A stretch of 64,000 bases of DNA from SAR324 cluster bacterium (GTDB lineage Bacteria; SAR324; NAC60-12): NCBI GenBank assembly GCA_022448485.1, contig JAKUUI010000001.1, positions 12,631 to 76,630 on the forward strand, read 5' to 3'. The first letter of the stretch is position 1; the number at the start of each line of letters is the position of its first letter. The notes under the pieces are model-generated. The model was not told where the DNA came from and did no database searches. It worked only from the letters and a program-made list of their open reading frames with translations. Shown one piece after another: positions 10,291 to 20,270 of the stretch. A program made the translations under genes and the position numbers.

Positions 10291-10480
10291 TTCGCAGGGA
10301 ATATTTTGTGCGGCAAATTTTTTTTGAATACAAGGCAAATAATGCTTTGTAAGCATAGTGTTTTCAGCCTGAATATGCAAGATTAGTCCACCAAGTATCT
10401 TGCACCTTCAGAGTGAAATGGTTATGCTAACAAGACTTTAGCATAAGCAAAAACAGCTAAGCCTATAATTGAGTTAAAGA

Positions 10481-11560
10481 ATGGGTGACACTTTCGGACT
10501 TTTATTTCGTATTACTACCTGGGGTGAATCTCACGGCAGCGGGGTTGGGGTTGTCATCGACGGTTGTCCTTCAGGACTGCAACTGAGTGAAGGTGATCTC
10601 CAATATGAGCTGGACAGGAGACGACCCGGGCAAAGCAAAATAACTACACAACGTAAGGAAAGCGATTCCGTTCGGATTCTTTCAGGAGTTTTTGAGGGAT
10701 GTACAACGGGCACAGCAATCTCCTTGATGGTTTCAAATGAAGACGCAAAGCCACACGCTTATGATCACCTCAAAGATTTGTATCGTCCAAGTCATGCAGA
10801 CTATACTTTCGACCGGAAATATGGTTTCAGAGACTGGATGGGTGGTGGACGCTCGAGTGCTCGTGAAACCATCGGACGGGTGGCGGCAGGAGCAATCGCC
10901 AAAAAACTGCTGCAGCACTGGGAAAAGATTAAAACGATGGCCTGGGTGGAGCAAATACACGATATAAAATCTTCAGTTGACAAGCAATCTGTCAGCAAAA
11001 AACGGATTGAAGCCAGTCTTGTACGCTGTCCGGATCCGGAAGCCTCAGAGGCCATGATTGCCCGTATTCATGAAGTCCGGAAGTCCGGAGACAGCGTGGG
11101 TGGAATAATTCGGGCCGTTGTCCGTAATGCCCCTGCAGGATTAGGAGAACCGGTTTTTGACAAACTGACTGCGGATTTGGCTAAGGCGTTGATGTCATTG
11201 CCTGCTACACGAGGAGTTGAGTTTGGCCTGGGCTTTGATTCAGTGAAACTGAAAGGTTCAGAACACAACGATGCGTTTGTGATGCAGGAAGGAATTATTC
11301 GGACCAGTACAAATCATTCTGGAGGAATTCAGGGTGGTATTTCAAATGGTGAAGAGATTGATTTGCGTGTTTCTTTCAAACCAACTTCCACGATTAACTT
11401 TGAGCAGGATACGGTTACTCGTGAAGGCAAATCGCTTAAGCTGAAAGCCAAAGGGCGTCACGATCCGTGCGTTTTGCCGAGAGCCGTTCCAATGGTAGAA
11501 GCCATGATTAATTTAGTTTTGGCCGATCATTATTTACGTAACCATACAAGCCGTATCTAG
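10481..11560 (+). CDS. aroC: chorismate synthase
   Basis: It has [12 protein letters not shown] at the N-terminus, the [16 protein letters not shown] and GRHDPCV motifs, and is 359 aa long. Confidence 0.95.
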   Translation: MGDTFGLLFRITTWGESHGSGVGVVIDGCPSGLQLSEGDLQYELDRRRPGQSKITTQRKESDSVRILSGVFEGCTTGTAISLMVSNEDAKPHAYDHLKDLYRPSHADYTFDRKYGFRDWMGGGRSSARETIGRVAAGAIAKKLLQHWEKIKTMAWVEQIHDIKSSVDKQSVSKKRIEASLVRCPDPEASEAMIARIHEVRKSGDSVGGIIRAVVRNAPAGLGEPVFDKLTADLAKALMSLPATRGVEFGLGFDSVKLKGSEHNDAFVMQEGIIRTSTNHSGGIQGGISNGEEIDLRVSFKPTSTINFEQDTVTREGKSLKLKAKGRHDPCVLPRAVPMVEAMINLVLADHYLRNHTSRI

Positions 11561-11676
11561 TGATTTTGTGGGGGGAAAAATTTATTCTATGATTCTGTGA
11601 AGTTGGTTCTATATTTGCAAATCTTTAATATTGAGCCTAATACGGGAAATTTAACTATAAAAGATACATTGATTTT

Positions 11677-11859
11677 ATGCCTCCTAAAATAACAGCAAAG
11701 AAAGTTTCATCAAAAACAATACGTCCATCAAGCTCCAATCGTCTCAATTCATTGAAGGCCAATTCGGAGGCTCGGTTTCTTGCACCGGGTTCTGTTGCTG
11801 TGTTTGGGGTTCTCCTTTTTTTTGCCTTCGTGATTGCTCAAATCATTTTCATCAATTGA
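11677..11859 (+). CDS. hypothetical small tail-anchored membrane protein (basic N-terminus, one C-terminal TM)
   Basis: This 60-aa ORF fills the aroC-DHH gap and is co-directional with both. There is no SD and no recognisable family. Confidence 0.25.
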   Translation: MPPKITAKKVSSKTIRPSSSNRLNSLKANSEARFLAPGSVAVFGVLLFFAFVIAQIIFIN

Positions 11860-11877
11860 TGAGCAAGTTCTCCCTCC

Positions 11878-12837
11878 ATGCTTTACATTGACGTCTTCAA
11901 CGGGGATGCTGATGGAGTATGCGCCCTCCATCAATTACGCCTTCACAATCCTCAGGAAAGCCGACTCGTCACCGGAGTGAAACGTGATACGCTGTTGTTG
12001 AAACGCATTATTTCAGCGCGAGATAGTGTGCTTACAGTACTCGATATTTCATTTCATGCCAACCGGGAACTTCTCCTGCAGTTGCTGAAACAAGGCAACA
12101 CTGTACACTATTTTGATCACCACTTCGCAGGAGAAATTCCTGAATCTCCTCTTTTTCATCCACACATTGATACCAGTCCTGCTGTCTGTACCAGTATTCT
12201 GGTCGATCGTTTTTTGGCTGGGAAATATCGACTCTGGGCCATAGTGGCATCTTTTGGTGACAACCTTCATTCACCTGCTCATGGGCTGGCTGACACTTTG
12301 AAACTTAGTCATGAAGAAACTGAAGAATTACGGGAACTGGGAGAGTTGATCAATTACAACGCTTATGGTGAAACCGTGGAAGATTTACATTATTCACCGG
12401 AAGCTCTATTTAGGGCTTTGCAGCCGTATTCTGACCCATTCGATTTTTTTCATGCAGCCGGAGAATTGGATCGGTTGCGGGAGGGCTTTCAGAATGACAT
12501 GAGCCAGACAGAGACAAAACATCCGGTGAGACAAACTTCTGCAGGTAGAATTTATCAGTTTCCAAATGCAGCATGGTGCAGGCGTGTTTCCGGTGTATTC
12601 AGTAATCAGGTTGCACGAGAAGCTCCGAATATGGCTCATGCACTTTTAGTTGAGAGAAAAGACGGAACTTTTCTGGTTGGTGTCCGAGCCCCAATTGCCA
12701 AGCCTCAAGGTGCAGAAGAATTATGTATTAAATTTTCCTCCGGGGGAGGTAGGTCTGCATCTGCAGGGATCAACAATTTGGCTCCGGAGGAGGTTGATCG
12801 TTTTTATGATGAATTTGATATTCAATTTTCCAATTAA
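11878..12837 (+). CDS. DHH/DHHA1-type phosphoesterase family protein
   Basis: The motif order NGDADG (DxD), VLDISF, FDHHF (DHH) and C-terminal GGGRSASAG (DHHA1-like GGGH..AAG) matches the family. Confidence 0.55.
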   Translation: MLYIDVFNGDADGVCALHQLRLHNPQESRLVTGVKRDTLLLKRIISARDSVLTVLDISFHANRELLLQLLKQGNTVHYFDHHFAGEIPESPLFHPHIDTSPAVCTSILVDRFLAGKYRLWAIVASFGDNLHSPAHGLADTLKLSHEETEELRELGELINYNAYGETVEDLHYSPEALFRALQPYSDPFDFFHAAGELDRLREGFQNDMSQTETKHPVRQTSAGRIYQFPNAAWCRRVSGVFSNQVAREAPNMAHALLVERKDGTFLVGVRAPIAKPQGAEELCIKFSSGGGRSASAGINNLAPEEVDRFYDEFDIQFSN

Positions 12838-12854
12838 TTGAAACTTCAGGATTT

Positions 12855-13541
12855 TTAAGGCTCATTTTTCGGGTCTGAAATTACTTCTCTAGTTTTGCGT
12901 GCAAGCTCTTGAAAAATTGTTTCCAGTTTTTTGCAAAACGCTGGTACGTCCTCAGACAACAGGTCATTTGGTACGTGAAACGGCTCTCCAAATGATTCAA
13001 CAATCGAAGTAAAAGGCTTGGGGATTTTGTGTTTGTCCCAACTTTTTAATCTCCATTGACGTTTTGCTTCATAGTGCCAGGGAATGATGGGAACTCCGGA
13101 GTATTTGGCAAGGAGAACGACTCCTGACTGAATAATTTCCGGAGGCCCCAGCGGCCCATCCGGAGTGATTGCAACGGATGTTTTTTCCTTGAGCAATTTG
13201 ATCATTTGTTTCAGTGCAGGAATTCCACCCCTGGTGGTTGAACCTCTCACTGCCTGGTAGCCGAAATGAGCAAATACATCGTAAATAACTTCTCCGTCGT
13301 CACTGCTGCTGATTAATGCTGTAAGATTTTGTTTTCGCAGAAGCCAGATGCTGAAATAAATGTTTTGGTGCCATGTGGCAACAATGACGCTTCCGTATTC
13401 CTGCAGAGTAGTTTTCAGTATATGCCGATTAATGCGTTGAACATTTGCGGTACTTCCGGTAATTCTAATCAGCACCATGAGTGCTTTTGTGATTAACCAA
13501 CGCTGAAAATGTCTTTTCCAGGAAAAATTTGATGATTTCAT
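12855..13541 (-). CDS. DUF374 / lysophospholipid acyltransferase-like family protein
   Basis: WHQN...SSSDDGE...RGSTTRGGIPALK...ITPDGPLGP is the DUF374 signature as I recall it. Confidence 0.6.
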   Translation of the reverse strand: MKSSNFSWKRHFQRWLITKALMVLIRITGSTANVQRINRHILKTTLQEYGSVIVATWHQNIYFSIWLLRKQNLTALISSSDDGEVIYDVFAHFGYQAVRGSTTRGGIPALKQMIKLLKEKTSVAITPDGPLGPPEIIQSGVVLLAKYSGVPIIPWHYEAKRQWRLKSWDKHKIPKPFTSIVESFGEPFHVPNDLLSEDVPAFCKKLETIFQELARKTREVISDPKNEP

Positions 13542-13703
13542 GAGGTAGAGAATTTTTTAGTTGTATGAATTGAAAAGCCACTATACAATACTATATTATC
13601 ATGTAGGGCGTTAGCTAAACAAATCAGATACCAGTATTTTTTATTTTGGACGATGCGTTTTAATTGCCGCCTGGTGCTTAATTTTTTTTATTGAAGATGG
13701 TTT

Positions 13704-14243
13704 ATGGGTTTATTGTTTAGAAAAAAAATAATTGAAGTTCATCCGCACGAAGTAGAACGAAAGGACTGGGAAAATGTTCTTGACGACGTGTTTAGGAAGA
13801 CAGTTGCTAAAATGTTGAATGGTATTGCGATTATTTGCAATACTACCCGTCAGCATCCAGGTGATGGGGTAGGCATAGTTCAGAATGAGCTGACCTTTCA
13901 TATTAAAGATAAGCGTGCTGACGAAGTCAGGTCTTCTTTGAGGAAGATTGATTTGCTGCATTTTGAGAATATTTTTGAAAATTATCTGTCAGGAAGTCAT
14001 AAAGGATTGGATTTTTATCGTGTAAAACATATCCTTTCCAAAGAGATCATGGTTTACCCCTTGATTCAACAAGGCGAACAAATGACTTCCAGCGCTTTCC
14101 AGCACATCAGTGGAACGATAGATGCGAAGAAGGGACTGATCGTGTTTGACTTTCCAATACCTGAAAATAAAACGCAAAAAATATTGACGGAAATTAACAA
14201 TATAATGCAAAAGCCGGTAATTCCTTCTAAACCTCACCCCTGA
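13704..14243 (+). CDS. hypothetical protein
   Basis: The 179-aa ORF has protein-like composition but no family I recognise. Confidence 0.4.
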   Translation: MGLLFRKKIIEVHPHEVERKDWENVLDDVFRKTVAKMLNGIAIICNTTRQHPGDGVGIVQNELTFHIKDKRADEVRSSLRKIDLLHFENIFENYLSGSHKGLDFYRVKHILSKEIMVYPLIQQGEQMTSSAFQHISGTIDAKKGLIVFDFPIPENKTQKILTEINNIMQKPVIPSKPHP

Positions 14244-15045
14244 GCCTCATTCTCATTCCTGAAATGATGAAAAAATTTACCTGGTAAACGTCTTCTGAAG
14301 TTTCAGAAGCGTAATCAGCCTCCTTTTCTCAATGAATGATGTCTGCTGAAACACAGCACACAGATCCAGATAATAAGAAAGTTGCAGCCTCTAGGGTGGA
14401 AAGCGGGAGGTGGCTTAAAGGAGTGATATTCGAACAACAAATTAAGCTTTGATGCGCCGGTGGTGTCGAGCTTGAATTTGTGTTAGCCTGTTTGGTGGTA
14501 GAATTAGTCTTTTCACGGGAGAACCCAGCTGAGTGGAACATTGTTCCCAGTAGTATCGATGTACAGGAAAAAAACAGGATTTTACGTCGTGAAGAAGAAA
14601 CAATCCAGTAATTGTTTAAATCAAAGTCATTCTTCTGGAAAAACTGGGGATTTCTCCGCAGCTAAAAAATGCCTCAGAAATTCAGCCGGAACCTTATCCT
14701 TATGCTGACCTGATTATTCTCTCCTTTTCTGTTTCTCATTGGGTCAAGTTCCGGTGTTGCTCTTTGTTCCCAATAAAGTAAAATTTAGTGTCGAGGAAGA
14801 AACGATGCTCTGTCGTTTGATTGGGGTGACTTCCGGAAATGAAGCAAATGGTTTTACAACCCCTTTTATATAAACTCTTTTGAAGAGACATAATGGATAA
14901 AACTATTTATTCAGGTGATTTTGAATACTGTTTGAATTTTAACCTGTGACACACACAGAGCCAGCGGATATATTTCTAAGCAAAGAAGATAAAGATACAG
15001 ACTATATAAACGAACTTAAATTTCCAGATGAATAGAAAAGTATAA

Positions 15046-16503
15046 ATGCATTTTCGTTCAATAGCACACGTCATAGGGACATTGCTGCTGGTTACCAGTG
15101 TCGCCATGCTTCTTCCCATTGTCACTTCCTTGATTTATCAGGAGGATGACTTGAGCGCTCTGCTTGTTTCCGCAGCAGTAGCTTTTGGGGTAGGCCTGCC
15201 ATTTTGGTGGTTTTCACTATGGGATCACGAATTAACTTTCCGCGATGCAGTCATTATCGCTGTATTTGGATGGGTTGTCATTTCTGCAGTTTCCGCGCTT
15301 CCTTTCATGATCCACGGATCAATTCCGGCATTCACGGATGCATTTTTCGAAATGATGTCAGGTTACACTACGACTGGCGCGACTATCCTGAATGATATTG
15401 AATCCATACCGCATGGGTTGTTATTTTGGCGCAGTGAAACTCATTTGCTGGGGGGTATGGGGTTTCTAACCCTGACCTTGATCTTTTTACCTCATGGGAT
15501 GGCGGGTGTGAGAATCTTTCGGGCTGAGTCAAGCCCCGGACAAGTAATCACCAAAGAAAAATTTCTTCCACGAAACCGTGATGCAATGATTTGGCTCTGG
15601 AGTATTTATCTTGGACTGAACCTAGTGCAAACGTTGATGCTTTGGATCGGAGGAATGTCGTTGTTTGATTCTCTTTGTCATGCCTTTGGAACTGTTGCCA
15701 CCGCAGGATTTTCCCCAAAAAATGCCAGCATTGGTCATTACGGCAGCGCATATTTTGATTGGGTAGTTATGATATTTATGTTCCTTGGCGGAATGGCTTT
15801 TATGCTTTTTTACCACATGCTGAAAGGAGAATGGGATTTAGTTCGAGTCAATACCGAATTACGCTGGTATGCCAGTATAGTTGGATTTTTCTGTGGAATT
15901 TCAACATTAATTTTGTGGATAAATGGGACGTATGATGGATTTATTGACTCGTTACGATATGCCTCTTTTCAAACAATCTCATTGCTGACCACTACTGGTT
16001 TCACAACTGCAGACTATGAACTTTGGCCGCAATCAGCACAGATGTTTCTTTATCTAGTCTGCTTCATTGGGGCTTGTGCAGGCTCTACCACCAGCGGTAT
16101 TAAAATCGTGCATTTTGTCATCATCTGGAAATACACGGTGACAACGATCAAGAAAATGTTTTTTCAGCCACGGACAATACTGCCGATTCATCTTAATCAG
16201 CGAGCAATTGATCCATTTGCTGTCAACCTCACAGTCTGTTATTTTGTAGCCAATATCTTTCTCATCTTAGGTGGAGGATGCGTGATGGTGCTAGTAGATT
16301 CTATGGATTTGCAGACCGGGATAAGTTCGGTCATTTCGGCACTAATGAATATCGGTCCGGGATTTGGTGAGGTTGGACCTTCAGAAAACTTTGCTGAAAT
16401 TTCAGCACATGGAAAATGGTTCTTAGCCTGGCTGATGCTCGTAGGAAGACTGGAAATGTTTTCTGCCCTTGTATTGCTCTTTCCGTCTTTCTGGAAAAAA
16501 TAA
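15046..16503 (+). CDS. trkH: TrkH/KtrB family potassium uptake protein
   Basis: The 485-aa polytopic protein has repeated pore-loop motifs (SGYTTTGAT, TVATAGFS, TTTGFTT, AGSTTSGIK). Confidence 0.9.
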   Translation: MHFRSIAHVIGTLLLVTSVAMLLPIVTSLIYQEDDLSALLVSAAVAFGVGLPFWWFSLWDHELTFRDAVIIAVFGWVVISAVSALPFMIHGSIPAFTDAFFEMMSGYTTTGATILNDIESIPHGLLFWRSETHLLGGMGFLTLTLIFLPHGMAGVRIFRAESSPGQVITKEKFLPRNRDAMIWLWSIYLGLNLVQTLMLWIGGMSLFDSLCHAFGTVATAGFSPKNASIGHYGSAYFDWVVMIFMFLGGMAFMLFYHMLKGEWDLVRVNTELRWYASIVGFFCGISTLILWINGTYDGFIDSLRYASFQTISLLTTTGFTTADYELWPQSAQMFLYLVCFIGACAGSTTSGIKIVHFVIIWKYTVTTIKKMFFQPRTILPIHLNQRAIDPFAVNLTVCYFVANIFLILGGGCVMVLVDSMDLQTGISSVISALMNIGPGFGEVGPSENFAEISAHGKWFLAWLMLVGRLEMFSALVLLFPSFWKK

Positions 16504-16951
16504 CTCCATGTTGCTTCAAATAATTCTAATTCCACACTATTTAGTGAGCTGACTAGTCAGGGCTTGCTGAAAATAATATTATTTTATAATTTAAATAAGT
16601 AATTATTCAATTCAGGATGTCATTTGCAAGGATTTCTCCTGAAAGTGTACAAAAAACCTGCACAACCGTTACTTGAGTTCCTCATACTGTGATTTATCTT
16701 CACGGAGATAATAGTTTTGCTGCTTCCGATTCTGCCCCATTGTCATTTAGTGTGAAGATTGGCGTAGACCCAGTATCTAGGGGTGCTTTTTCAACTCTTG
16801 TCAACAACTTGGTCGGGAATCTGGATCCAGTATCAAGTCCGGAATGACAAAAAGAATACTTTTTCGGTGAACCATATCTAATTAATATTTTGTATTTTTA
16901 GGAGGATGAGTTTTGAATTCTCTGAGGTTTTCAACTATATGAAAAACTTTG

Positions 16952-18934
16952 TTACTTCCCGCCTCTCCAGCGTACTTTTACCATCCTTTCCGGGCTTAAT
17001 TTCTGCAAAAAAGAACAATTATCTTTATGTATGGTGATTACTCTCTCTTGAGTAAGATAGCCCTGAATGGAGTGATTTTTCTCAGGAGAACAGCATTGCG
17101 CTATACGAGTAACAACATTGTCCATTCCATCCACAAGAATCATGCTCGCTGATGAAGTTGCCACGGATTTCTTTTTTTGGGTACGGGCTTTTATTTCAGG
17201 TTGTGACGGAGACTCCGGGGTTGGAATGGTGGGACCTGAGTTTGGATCTTCGGCAAACCATCGGCGAATTTCTTCACTGCGGATGGAGCCGTCGCCAATG
17301 CAGAACAGGATATGTTCAAATTCTTGATTTTTTCGTTGACGAGACTCCAGCTCCATCCGTCCTTCTCGAGTTAGGCGATTCAGGTTAAGATTGTGATTCC
17401 GGAATTCTCGCTCCAACATTTCCAGGCCTTCTTTTCGTCGAACTTCTCTGCCACGTTCATGTAGAGCATGTTTAATTTTGTTGCGGGCGTGACGTGTTTT
17501 AACAAAATCAAGCCACTCCTTCCGTGGTTCTTGCCGTGGTGAGGTAAGGATTTCAACAGTATCACCACTATGCAGGGAACTGTCGAGGCGGGTGATGCTT
17601 CCATTAGTCTTTGCACCGGTCGTGCGGTTGCCGACTTCAGTATGAATTGCATAGGCAAAATCAACGGGTGTGGCAGCTTGTGGCAGTTCCCTAATTTCCC
17701 TTGCAGGAGTCATTACATAGATATTTTCACTGAACAAATCAATCAGAGGTATTGTTTCTCCTTCCCTATCTGCTTTGCTTTTTTCTACCAGTGACTCTTC
17801 AATTTGTTCTGCTTTTTTGTCTTTTGACTGGTTCCGTTTTTCCTTATAGAGCCAGTGAGCTGCAACCCCATATTCTGCTATCCGATGCATTTTTCGTGTC
17901 CGGATTTGAATTTCAATTGGCCTCGGATTTCTCTTTGATTCATTCCCGGCATCTATGACTGTCGTGTGGAGAGATTGGTATCCGTTGGGTTTGGGGTTGG
18001 CTATGTAGTCTTTGAAACGATTTTTTACTGGAGTCCAGTTCTCGTGAATGAAACTAAGTGCCGCATAGCAGTCATCGATTTCATCTACCAAAACACGAAA
18101 AGCGATCAAATCCTGAATTCGCTCAAAATCGTTATTGACTTTCTCCAGTTTTTGAAAAATCGAGTAAAAACGTTTGTAGCGGCCCTGAATTTCATGGCGA
18201 ATTCCAGCCTGTTTCAAAATCAGCTGAATATTTTCTGAAATATTTTCCACACTTTCTGAACGATCACTACGTTTTCGGGCAATTTTTTTCTTCAAGCTCT
18301 GGTAATTCTCATACTCCAGATACCGAAATGCACGGTCTTCCAGCTCTGCCTTGATCCAGAAAATACCTAATCGGCCAGCCAACGGAGCATGGACGTACAG
18401 AGCTGACCAGGCTATTGCATCTGCTTCTTCGGGCGACAGCGAATTTATCTGTTCTAAATGATGAAGCTGTAGCACAAGGAATACGGTCAGCAACTGTACA
18501 TCTCCCAGTACAGTCAACAACATACGCTGGGTTAGTTCAGCTTGCTCAGAATTTTTTGGTCGGACGGGAAACTGATGAACCTTGAGCATCCGGTGAAAAA
18601 GTGGTACTGCTTCAGAAAAAGGACCACCCGACTCAGCGGCAGCTTTTTTTTCAAACTCCTTCGGTAAATCGTCGGCCTTCTGATACTGCAAAAACAACAA
18701 AGCCGCCTGAAGAGTGGGAGGTCTCAGAGAAATTTGCTTCAGTTTTTTCAGGAGAGCCTCGGCTGCATCCGGATTACTGTGTTGTAAGTACCAGTTCTCA
18801 AAAAGCTTGTTAGCTTCAGGTGTTGTCAAAAATGATTCAGGTACAGCAGACCCTTTTTCACCAGCAGAATGGTCAATACCGACTGTCGCAGATGAGGTGT
18901 CTTGTGAAATTTCTTCTCCGTAAAGATTAATCAT
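16952..18934 (-). CDS. relA: long RelA/SpoT-homolog (p)ppGpp synthetase with a degenerate N-terminal hydrolase domain (RelA-like)
   Basis: The synthetase core (YKRFYSIFQKL, DLIAFRV, ANPKPNGYQSLHTTV, EIQIRT..MH..AEYGVAAHW) is followed by a TGS region (IYVMTP...LPQAATPVDFAYAIHTEVG) and a C-terminal ACT-like end. I saw no HD metal-binding motif in the first ~190 aa. Confidence 0.85.
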   Translation of the reverse strand: MINLYGEEISQDTSSATVGIDHSAGEKGSAVPESFLTTPEANKLFENWYLQHSNPDAAEALLKKLKQISLRPPTLQAALLFLQYQKADDLPKEFEKKAAAESGGPFSEAVPLFHRMLKVHQFPVRPKNSEQAELTQRMLLTVLGDVQLLTVFLVLQLHHLEQINSLSPEEADAIAWSALYVHAPLAGRLGIFWIKAELEDRAFRYLEYENYQSLKKKIARKRSDRSESVENISENIQLILKQAGIRHEIQGRYKRFYSIFQKLEKVNNDFERIQDLIAFRVLVDEIDDCYAALSFIHENWTPVKNRFKDYIANPKPNGYQSLHTTVIDAGNESKRNPRPIEIQIRTRKMHRIAEYGVAAHWLYKEKRNQSKDKKAEQIEESLVEKSKADREGETIPLIDLFSENIYVMTPAREIRELPQAATPVDFAYAIHTEVGNRTTGAKTNGSITRLDSSLHSGDTVEILTSPRQEPRKEWLDFVKTRHARNKIKHALHERGREVRRKEGLEMLEREFRNHNLNLNRLTREGRMELESRQRKNQEFEHILFCIGDGSIRSEEIRRWFAEDPNSGPTIPTPESPSQPEIKARTQKKKSVATSSASMILVDGMDNVVTRIAQCCSPEKNHSIQGYLTQERVITIHKDNCSFLQKLSPERMVKVRWRGGK

Positions 18935-18955
18935 TTGATAGCTTGGTGAAAAATA

Positions 18956-19555
18956 TTACAAGAACCCTTGTACCATGAAATAGGTGTAAAGTTTGACATC
19001 AAACTTTACACCATGCTTCACTTCTTGATTGAAAAATTCTGGTATTTCTTCTGGAGATTTTACAAAAACCGTTATGAATTCTCCGGGTTCGTTTTTTGCT
19101 TTCGGCCGCTGGTTCTCCAGCTTTTTTTCGTCTACCTGAACGTGTACAAAAGAAACGGTTTCTGAAAGAATTCCGGGTGAAGAAAACAATTTGGGGCTAA
19201 GATCTTCGACTATGCCGACATAACCGGTTTCTTCAAAAAGTTCACGAATCGCCGTTGTCTCCAGAGACTCCCCAGGGTCAACTAAGCCTGCAGGAAATTC
19301 TAAAATGTAGGAATCTGTGGGTGGACGAAACTGGCGAATAAAAATAAATTTCCCAGAAGGTTTCATTCGAGCAACAATAATTACTGCCTCTGCATGGTGT
19401 TTACGGTGCAAACCTTCCCATTTTCGCATTTGCTGATTATCATCTTCATAGCTGAATTCCACCATTTCTGACCAGCATCCGCGATAGAGCAGCTGCTCTT
19501 CAAAAACATGGGCAGTGCCGACTTTTGCAAGTTTGTGTGCAGAGATATCAGACAT
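18956..19555 (-). CDS. NUDIX hydrolase (ADP-ribose pyrophosphatase-like)
   Basis: It carries the Nudix box EFPAGLVDPGESLETTAIRELFEETGY. It lies 21 bp upstream of relA on the same strand. Confidence 0.85.
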   Translation of the reverse strand: MSDISAHKLAKVGTAHVFEEQLLYRGCWSEMVEFSYEDDNQQMRKWEGLHRKHHAEAVIIVARMKPSGKFIFIRQFRPPTDSYILEFPAGLVDPGESLETTAIRELFEETGYVGIVEDLSPKLFSSPGILSETVSFVHVQVDEKKLENQRPKAKNEPGEFITVFVKSPEEIPEFFNQEVKHGVKFDVKLYTYFMVQGFL

Positions 19556-19760
19556 TCATGTTTAATAGCAAAAATTGAGATTTATGTTTGAGCAGTTGGT
19601 CTTGTAATACAAGTTGCTTTATAAAAAGATAGTGTATTTGCTGACAATCACAATCCATTTTTGAAATTGTTTTTGCGTTGTCTTTTGCCGATGTCTGCAA
19701 TATCATCCGACAGACGAGTAGTAACCCCTGAAAACAAGATACTGGGAACCGATTCTTTGC

Positions 19761-20234
19761 ATGAAAAGTATCCGTTTGATTTGGATTGGTAAAACGCAGG
19801 AGCCTTTTGTACAGGATGGAATTAGTGTTTACTTGAAGAAGTTATCGCACTACATCAAGGTTGATTCTGAAGAAATACGACCCGCAAAATATGGTTCAGG
19901 GACTGCAGACCAGTGGCGCCGGCAGGAAACGGAAAATTTGCTGAAAAGATTGAATTCTACTGAATTGAATATATTCTTGGATAAAAAAGGAAAGAGACAA
20001 ACTTCAAAGGGATTAGCCCAGTGGCTTGAAAAACAAATGCCGCTCGGATGGCCAAGAGTCAGCTTTTTCATCGGCGGTGCATATGGTTTTGACAGGTCTA
20101 TGCTGCCTTCCGGCGTTCACTTTTTGTGCCTCTCTGACATGACTTTTACGCATCAGATGGTAAGATTATTTTTTCTTGAGCAACTTTATCGTGCTTTTAC
20201 CATCATGCGTGGAGAACCTTACCATCATGATTGA
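19761..20234 (+). CDS. rlmH: 23S rRNA (pseudouridine1915-N3)-methyltransferase
   Basis: The 157-aa SPOUT protein has the typical RlmH length and C-terminal motif (LSLS.MTF.HQ..R..L.EQ.YRA). Confidence 0.85.
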   Translation: MKSIRLIWIGKTQEPFVQDGISVYLKKLSHYIKVDSEEIRPAKYGSGTADQWRRQETENLLKRLNSTELNIFLDKKGKRQTSKGLAQWLEKQMPLGWPRVSFFIGGAYGFDRSMLPSGVHFLCLSDMTFTHQMVRLFFLEQLYRAFTIMRGEPYHHD

Positions 20235-20270
20235 ATCTGGTCTGTGTTATACAAATTCTGAAACCACACA

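Noticed and set aside
8381-10380. The idea that atpZ-atpI-atpB-atpE belongs to an N-type (atpDCQRBEFAG) Na+-ATPase operon
   Set aside because: There are no beta/epsilon genes upstream and no b/alpha/gamma genes downstream (acs follows). The layout fits a split conventional F-type operon instead.
11677-11859. A resemblance of the 60-aa tail-anchored ORF to Sec61-beta/SecG-like translocon subunits
   Set aside because: Only the generic architecture is shared (basic N-terminus and a single C-terminal TM). There is no motif-level similarity that I can defend.
16504-16951. A 450-bp convergent spacer between trkH and relA with a twice-occurring ccagtatc motif and short ORF scraps
   Set aside because: The repeats are too short to distinguish from chance, and I found no coherent ORF or RNA structure.
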